Positions 58,456 through 64,000 of a stretch of DNA of 64,000 nt are shown one piece after another. The notes beneath the pieces are model-generated. The model saw only the letters and a program-made list of their open reading frames with translations, searched no databases and was not told the DNA's origin. This stretch comes from Paramoeba atlantica (lineage: Eukaryota > Protista > Discosea). Numbering within the stretch: the stretch's first letter is position 1; each line of letters opens with the position of its first letter. Location of the stretch: positions 682,001-746,000 of the forward strand of contig CDRNVI010000012.1 in NCBI GenBank assembly GCA_977017575.1, written 5' to 3'. The translations under genes were made by a program, and so were the position numbers.

Positions 58456-61400
58456 TTATGCCCCTACCAAAGACCCCGCTGGATCCGCCACGGGGATGCG
58501 TGACACCATCATCCTGGCCTGCGAACGCATGAGCGTAACATTCAGCTCCGTCAAGAGTTCATTTCGCGCTTGGCTCCGTGACAGAAACCCCTTGGACGCA
58601 TTCGCCCGTTGCGTTCCGATATCCCGGAGTAACGCTAGGGCACTTTCACTCCAGGACCCAAAGGACTCTACAACCATTGCTGTGAAGAGATGCCCGGCTT
58701 CGTCTGCTTCTTGTCGCTGTCGCGCCTTGGTCTCGGCATAGTGCGCGGCAAAAGACCCTGGGGTCACCCAGCTAGCATTACGGACTGAGTCCAAATACTT
58801 TAATTGCTGGGCGTGGGTGACCGCAAAGTCCAATACCATGCCTTGCGCCAGAGTCCCTTTTGCCAAGGATGCAGTGGGCAGGAAGACATCCGCAGGCCTC
58901 GTGAGAGCTCCTCCGGGGCCTCGGTTTCCGAGACTCATCTCGCGCCGTGGTCCCAATTGGGCCTTGGAACAGAAAGATGTGAATTGTTGTGCCAGGGAGT
59001 TGTGGCGGGCGATGATGCCATGCCCATTTTTACAGAGCAAGGCGTGTTCACCGTTCTTGAGGAGAGGGAGGGCACAGCCTTCGGCGGGACAAGGCCTATC
59101 CTCTGGGAAAACATCCACCCCCAACCACCAACGTGATAGCGTCCGGAACTCCGTGGGGGTGAAAGCCAACCCTCTTTGCTTTGAGGGTGTCACAAAAACC
59201 CAGTTTCCGGCCCCTTTACCTGACTGAGAAACCCAGCGTGCCCTTGTTCGGGCGTCTGCCCTTGCGTAAGCAGCATAGAACTCCTGTTCAGCGATTGCGT
59301 GGCTCAGGTGTTTTTGTCGTGGTACGATGGTTTCTGGTTCTGTGGTGTCGGGTAAAAGGGGGTGGCGGAGGGAATGGGAAAGTTTTCTTTTCGCCGGGCG
59401 TGACTGGGCGTCCCGTGCCTCGTTGTGGTAGTCTGGTGAGCTTGGCTTGAGGATACGTCCAGTATACAGATCGACCAGGACAGTCCCAACTTTTTGATTT
59501 ATTTCGCGTGCCGAATCAAGAAACCCTTCAGCTTCGGCTGCATCCCACTTATCCTTGTCGGAGGCAAAAGCCACAGAAGAAACGTATGCGGCCGAGTGGT
59601 GAAGCAACGATGAGCGAAGGCCGAATCCCCCGTAACGTTTGGGCCGTTGTAGTTGGTCAAGGGCGGGAAGATCAAGAGGAAAAAGTGCGTGTTCCACAGC
59701 GCGCATGAGGTGAAAATCCAGCTGACGACAGAGTTCTCCGAGGCCTTGGGGAGGGGTGGTACGCAGTGCGTATACCATTTGGCAGAATCCGGCGCACTGC
59801 CTTATAAGGGCGAGGGCCACTTGCGGGTCTTCTATCAGGGAAATGGCTTCCAACGTATCGCGGGCTGGCTCGATCGCGTGTGTCCTTAGGAAATTCGCAC
59901 AGTGTTCTGGAGAGCCCACCGGACTCCCAAGGATATCAAAGTTTCCGTCATACCTTATTTTGTCGCTAGGAATGTCGGGGAAAAAAGCAGAGGTGTGGGC
60001 AGACGCAGGGGGGGTGATGATTTCACATTTTGAGAGGTTCAGAAAGAGTCCCCACTGAGTTCCTACTTCCGCGAGAACGTCTAGTGCCTTCCGGACTTCC
60101 TGTGGTTCGCCAATGATCACACCGTCATCGAGATACCATAACTGTGTTTGGAGCTTTGTACGCGATGCGATTTCCTCCGTTGCCCCCGACAAAACCAAAG
60201 AGAACAGGAGGGGACCTAGGGGATCACCTTGCTGCACGCCCTCGGCCGAAGGAATTAAATTGTCACCAAATGTTAGACAGCTGTGGTTGGCGTAACACCA
60301 CTCAACCCATGGGGACAACTCGGGGAAATGCTTTCGCGTGAGGAAGATAAACACCGGCCTACTGACATTGTTAAAGGCGTTGCGGAGATCCACTTTACAG
60401 AAGGTTATATTTTCGTTTTCCATGTTGTTGAGCATCAACCTACGACAATTGTGAATGACTCGCTCTGCTCCGGCGGGCGCCGCGACGCCGTACTGTTTGC
60501 GGCCGAAGAAGGAACTTGCCTTTTCCTTTAAAGAAAGACACGCTGCCTTGCTGACCAAACGTCGTAGCGTTTCCCCCGCAGCAATAGGCCTCACGTCTTC
60601 TTCGTCCTTTTCGAGCGCGCAGAGTCGTGCACCTGCAAAGAAGGGGTGTACTTCATCCGGGCCTCTGCCTGCTAAAAGGTGGTTCACAAAGGACGTGAGC
60701 GCCAGGAGTGGATCCATGTACTGGTCAACATGCTCTTGCAGTGCTGCTTGTAGGTGTTCGGGTCGAAGACCCATAGTTCCGGCGGAGGAGCCGCGGTGAA
60801 AACTATTCACGGCCTTTTTTACTTCCGATTCGTCCAGCTGTAAAAAGTCTTCTTTCAATGGTGGCAAAGGGCAGGAGATAGGATTCCCGTGGGAGCTAGG
60901 ATGTTTCCTTTGCAACTTTCGCAATGTTTCTTCATTGTGCGGCGCGAGGGGAGCTGCCGTCAGGGCTGCCATTCCTCTGGAAAATTCCCCGTCACGGACC
61001 AGAAGTTCTGCTCGTACTATAGCCTTTTCCACGTCGTTCTCGTTGCTCGTGTTCTTCGGGCGTTTTCTCTCGTGATCGGACACAGCTTGAGACCAAAGGG
61101 TCGAGTATTGTCCTTCCATCCAAAGCTCCATTCTTTTGAGAATGTACGACGAGTAAGTGATATGGGCTTTGCGGCCTCCTCGGAACGGGGCTGGAAGGAC
61201 GCACTTTGGAAGTAAGGCAAGGAGCGTCCACGCCCTCACTGAATTTTCGCGCACCGCTGTGGATAGGGCGTAAGTCAATATCTGGGCCCACATGCGTCGG
61301 CATCGGTGTGGGACGTCTTTGCAGGTGTTTATCGGTGTCGTGCATATTTGCTCCAGAGAGGGTAGCTCGGCCGTGCCCTGAACATCGTAGATGGCTTCTC

Positions 61401-62250
61401 CTAGGCATTCCGAGGGTTGCGAGGGTGGAGGTGATTGCACGGCGTGCCCTTTGCATTGGTTCACGTGCGCCGTCTTTTTGTTGAGAGCGTAATGTCGACC
61501 GCATGCGGCGCACAGAAAGCGGCCCTCTTTCTCCCACCAAACACTGGAAATTGCTTCCCCATGCCTGTAGGCCACGTGGTGGTAATAGTACTGCCACTGC
61601 CCTCCGTGGGCTTGCGTCTTCCAGGTACACCCATCTGCAGGGCACTCTCGTTGCGGCGGATCTTCCTCAGAAATGGGCGGGGTCGCAGGAACCTGGTCAC
61701 TTGCCAGGGTCGGGGCCTGAGGAGTGGTCACTCGTGATACGTTTTCCGTAGGTTCGAGAACGTGGGGGCCCCGCGTGGTCTTGTAGTCCGCGGTTTCCGC
61801 TTTTCTTGTATTGGCTTTCTCTCGGGCCTTCTGAGGTTTCGTAGCGCCCCGAAGCTGACCCTTAGAACTCGGAGGTGTGGCGGAAGCTCTTCGACGAGGG
61901 AATTTCTTAGCCATGGAATTATTATCAAGCTGTGTGGTATCAACTTCGAGATTCGATCTGATGAGAACACGTGAGTGGTTCGTTTCTTCGTCGCCTCCAT
62001 TTTCGCATCCTGTATCAGGCGTTTGTTGTTGAGTTAAGATGGAGGCGGCATTCGCGCACCAGTCATTAGGGACATTCGCAGGAATCGGAGTTGTATATAG
62101 CAGATCATTATACGTGCTTGGATGCTTGATGAGGTGTGCGTTTCCAGCAAATTGGTCCCAAGATCCAGGTAGATGTATGGATTCCTCTTGTAGGAATGTA
62201 TCGTCGTCCATGAGGGGAAGTGTCTCTTCGTGTGGGCTGATACCAGACAT
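58456..62250 (-). CDS. CRE-type polyprotein: two N-terminal Zn fingers, RT, Zn knuckle, REL endonuclease (1264 aa)
   Basis: CPADGC..HVAYRH and CAAC..H..C; RPIAAGETLRRL, GVQQGDPLGPLLF, WYLDD; CPAEGC..H..C, RHN, RPADV..LDFAVTH; no stops. Confidence 0.92.
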   Translation of the reverse strand: MSGISPHEETLPLMDDDTFLQEESIHLPGSWDQFAGNAHLIKHPSTYNDLLYTTPIPANVPNDWCANAASILTQQQTPDTGCENGGDEETNHSRVLIRSNLEVDTTQLDNNSMAKKFPRRRASATPPSSKGQLRGATKPQKAREKANTRKAETADYKTTRGPHVLEPTENVSRVTTPQAPTLASDQVPATPPISEEDPPQRECPADGCTWKTQAHGGQWQYYYHHVAYRHGEAISSVWWEKEGRFLCAACGRHYALNKKTAHVNQCKGHAVQSPPPSQPSECLGEAIYDVQGTAELPSLEQICTTPINTCKDVPHRCRRMWAQILTYALSTAVRENSVRAWTLLALLPKCVLPAPFRGGRKAHITYSSYILKRMELWMEGQYSTLWSQAVSDHERKRPKNTSNENDVEKAIVRAELLVRDGEFSRGMAALTAAPLAPHNEETLRKLQRKHPSSHGNPISCPLPPLKEDFLQLDESEVKKAVNSFHRGSSAGTMGLRPEHLQAALQEHVDQYMDPLLALTSFVNHLLAGRGPDEVHPFFAGARLCALEKDEEDVRPIAAGETLRRLVSKAACLSLKEKASSFFGRKQYGVAAPAGAERVIHNCRRLMLNNMENENITFCKVDLRNAFNNVSRPVFIFLTRKHFPELSPWVEWCYANHSCLTFGDNLIPSAEGVQQGDPLGPLLFSLVLSGATEEIASRTKLQTQLWYLDDGVIIGEPQEVRKALDVLAEVGTQWGLFLNLSKCEIITPPASAHTSAFFPDIPSDKIRYDGNFDILGSPVGSPEHCANFLRTHAIEPARDTLEAISLIEDPQVALALIRQCAGFCQMVYALRTTPPQGLGELCRQLDFHLMRAVEHALFPLDLPALDQLQRPKRYGGFGLRSSLLHHSAAYVSSVAFASDKDKWDAAEAEGFLDSAREINQKVGTVLVDLYTGRILKPSSPDYHNEARDAQSRPAKRKLSHSLRHPLLPDTTEPETIVPRQKHLSHAIAEQEFYAAYARADARTRARWVSQSGKGAGNWVFVTPSKQRGLAFTPTEFRTLSRWWLGVDVFPEDRPCPAEGCALPLLKNGEHALLCKNGHGIIARHNSLAQQFTSFCSKAQLGPRREMSLGNRGPGGALTRPADVFLPTASLAKGTLAQGMVLDFAVTHAQQLKYLDSVRNASWVTPGSFAAHYAETKARQRQEADEAGHLFTAMVVESFGSWSESALALLRDIGTQRANASKGFLSRSQARNELLTELNVTLMRSQARMMVSRIPVADPAGSLVGA

Positions 62251-62295
62251 TGAGAGTAACCCGTACCTCGGAAAGAGATGAAATAGAAAATAATT

Positions 62296-62331
62296 CAACA
62301 AGGTACAGAAACTGTATCTTTATCGTTAAAG
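62296..62331 (-). other. Spliced-leader exon copy
   Basis: Identical 36-mer, 45 nt upstream of the ATG. Confidence 0.9.
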
Positions 62332-62332
62332 T

Positions 62333-64000
62333 GTTTTTTTTTTTTTTTTTTAGCCCGTGGAGCGCATATATTATATACGCGCCGATTACTATCAAATGTG
62401 AGACATGTTCACCTTCCCCCCTTCTCTCAATTTTCAAAGAGAAACTATCCCGAAAATGAAATCTATATATTTTTATAAGCTGACTCAGCTTATAGTGATA
62501 TTGTGTTTAGAACTTATATACTATATTCTTGAGTTTGCGTGCAGCCGTCTAAGTATTTCTTTAGCTGCGCATAAATCCCTAATCCATTAAGCTCCTGAAT
62601 CGTCAGCTTCATTTCGAGTTCGACCTGTTTCCTGTTTAGCATGGCCGCGTCTGCTAGCGAGTGTACCAAGTTCTGCGTATTGCGGTGCAAAGCGCCTCCT
62701 GCCAGTACGGGTAAACATTGAAATGAGTCTTCACGAATTAAGTTCGTACGTACATATGTGTTGGACTTTCGCTGCAGCGCGTCATTCATGAGCTGTGTGC
62801 ATTTCTTTCCACGATTAGACATTGAGAGTTCGTGAATAACTGTCAGATCATAGAAGACCGCACCCGTGTTCCAATAGATCACGAGATCGGGGCCAGACCG
62901 ACAAAGTTTTTTTCCTGCACAAGTCTTCTGATGTACCAACTGGTTTTCCGGACTGATTGTGGATCGGCAAGCGATGCACTTCCACGTAGAAAAGTTTCTA
63001 GGTTCCGTTTCACATGGGATGCCTGCTTTCACGCATAGACGATGTAAAAATCCGACAAGTGAGTTATGTTTCACGGTCGTATTTATACCTGAACATTGAG
63101 CACAGCCTGGGATATGGGTGAGGGCGTTTCGGTTATTGAGGAGAATACCGCACCCTGGACACAATAGACTGGTAGGTAGATCTGGGTGTTGGGCATTTAG
63201 TCGTGGCATAATCGCGAGTTTGAAGAGATGGGAAGGGATGTACTTCGCGTTGGAAAGGATCCAGTCGCTGTTTCCTTTGAAGGATGTGGCTTGTAGAATG
63301 GGCTTAATGTCGGGATCCGTTTGCAACTCTTTCAATACTTCGACATGATGAATGCTGGTGGAAGTTTTTTTGTCCACTGGTATGACTTTCATTGTCGAGT
63401 TCTTAGGAATAGACGGGTGTGATGGCACCGCGTTGTCGATCCGAGCTGAAAAAGAGTTTCGGCGCTCAAGAACCGAGTAGCGGGATGCCACATATGCCGT
63501 CTCCCTAAGGGGACTGCTCGCTGTCAAACCCATTCCTCCCTTCTTAACGGGTAATCGTACAATTTTCATTTGATCAGGAGAGAGTGGACCAATCCAAGTC
63601 TCTACCACATTTTCAACCTCTTGATCGAATTGTGATGATGCTTTCTCTGTTGTTTCGGGCGGGTGAACACGAATCAGGTATTGTTGACGAACATTGGCAC
63701 ATTTTGCTAAAAGAATCATCGATATATTATTGATGCCCATTCGTTTTAGCCGCCGAAAAGCTGTGACCTGCTTCTCTAGTTGACGCAAAAGTCGTTCACT
63801 TATTGTGTTGTTTTCTCCAATATACGCTCCGAGTACTTTGACCGCTTCGTCCTCCGACTTTACACCTTGGGTGCTCAGCGAATTCGGTATGGAATTTCCG
63901 GATTTTCCTCTGAACCAAACGCATTTTGCCTCGGCTAGTTTCACCTGTTTTTCTTCTAGGAGACCTTGGAGCCTAAAGAATGCTTTCTCCAGTTCGGTTG
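62333..64000 (-). mobile_element. REL-family element running off the window (ORF 62514..63944), with 3' UTR and poly(A)
   Basis: KVLGAYIG, GGMGL, RSGPDLVIYW..YDLTVIHEL; T-run at 62334-62351; terminal 50 nt shared with 40567-40615. Confidence 0.88.

Larger units (their letters stand above)
57875..62331 (-). mobile_element. Full-length canonical CRE-clade non-LTR element: SL - 5' UTR - ORF - about 560-nt 3' UTR - poly(A)
   Basis: SL 62331->62296; ATG 62250; stop 58456; poly(A) 57894->57875. Confidence 0.9.

Noticed and set aside
60992-61645. Alternative-frame and antisense ORFs over RT genes (many in the track)
   Set aside because: They are shadows of GC-rich coding sequence with no motifs, and are not conserved between paralogous copies.
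57869-62360. CCCGTG as a TSD of the CRE element
   Set aside because: The right-hand copy is separated from the SL by a T-run and belongs to the neighbouring element's 3' end (also at 40570).

Overview
A eukaryotic region made almost entirely of retrotransposons. No intact host gene, rRNA, tRNA or CRISPR array is recognisable. A 36-nt sequence (CTTTAACGATAAAGATACAGTTTCTGTACCTTGTTG) occurs five times and carries the conserved kinetoplastid/diplonemid spliced-leader (SL) core CAGTTTCTGTAC, so the host is probably a euglenozoan. These copies look like reverse-transcribed trans-spliced RNAs, not SL genes. The window contains: about 15 copies or fragments of a CRE-like non-LTR family (RT plus restriction-like endonuclease, REL); one full-length canonical CRE-clade element with SL cap and poly(A); two APE/RTE-type LINEs; three tyrosine-recombinase (YR) retrotransposons with split direct repeats (A1-gag-YR/pol-B1-A2-spacer-B2) plus solo footprints; a MITE; and arrays of a sequence-polymorphic 18-bp minisatellite. 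Positions 9128-33470 form a nest four elements deep whose interrupted ORFs rejoin in frame. The most striking observations are (1) a GAGC-N17-GCTC hairpin conserved with covariation inside the RT coding region of all ten REL copies covering that site, and present four times in an SL-capped, polyadenylated retrocopy, suggesting a cis-acting signal and a parasite RNA that exploits it; (2) an SL joined exactly at an AG acceptor in a YR terminal repeat; and (3) a Tudor/SH3-like motif apparently shared by three unrelated retroelement classes. All homology calls come from motif reading by eye; no database searches were run.
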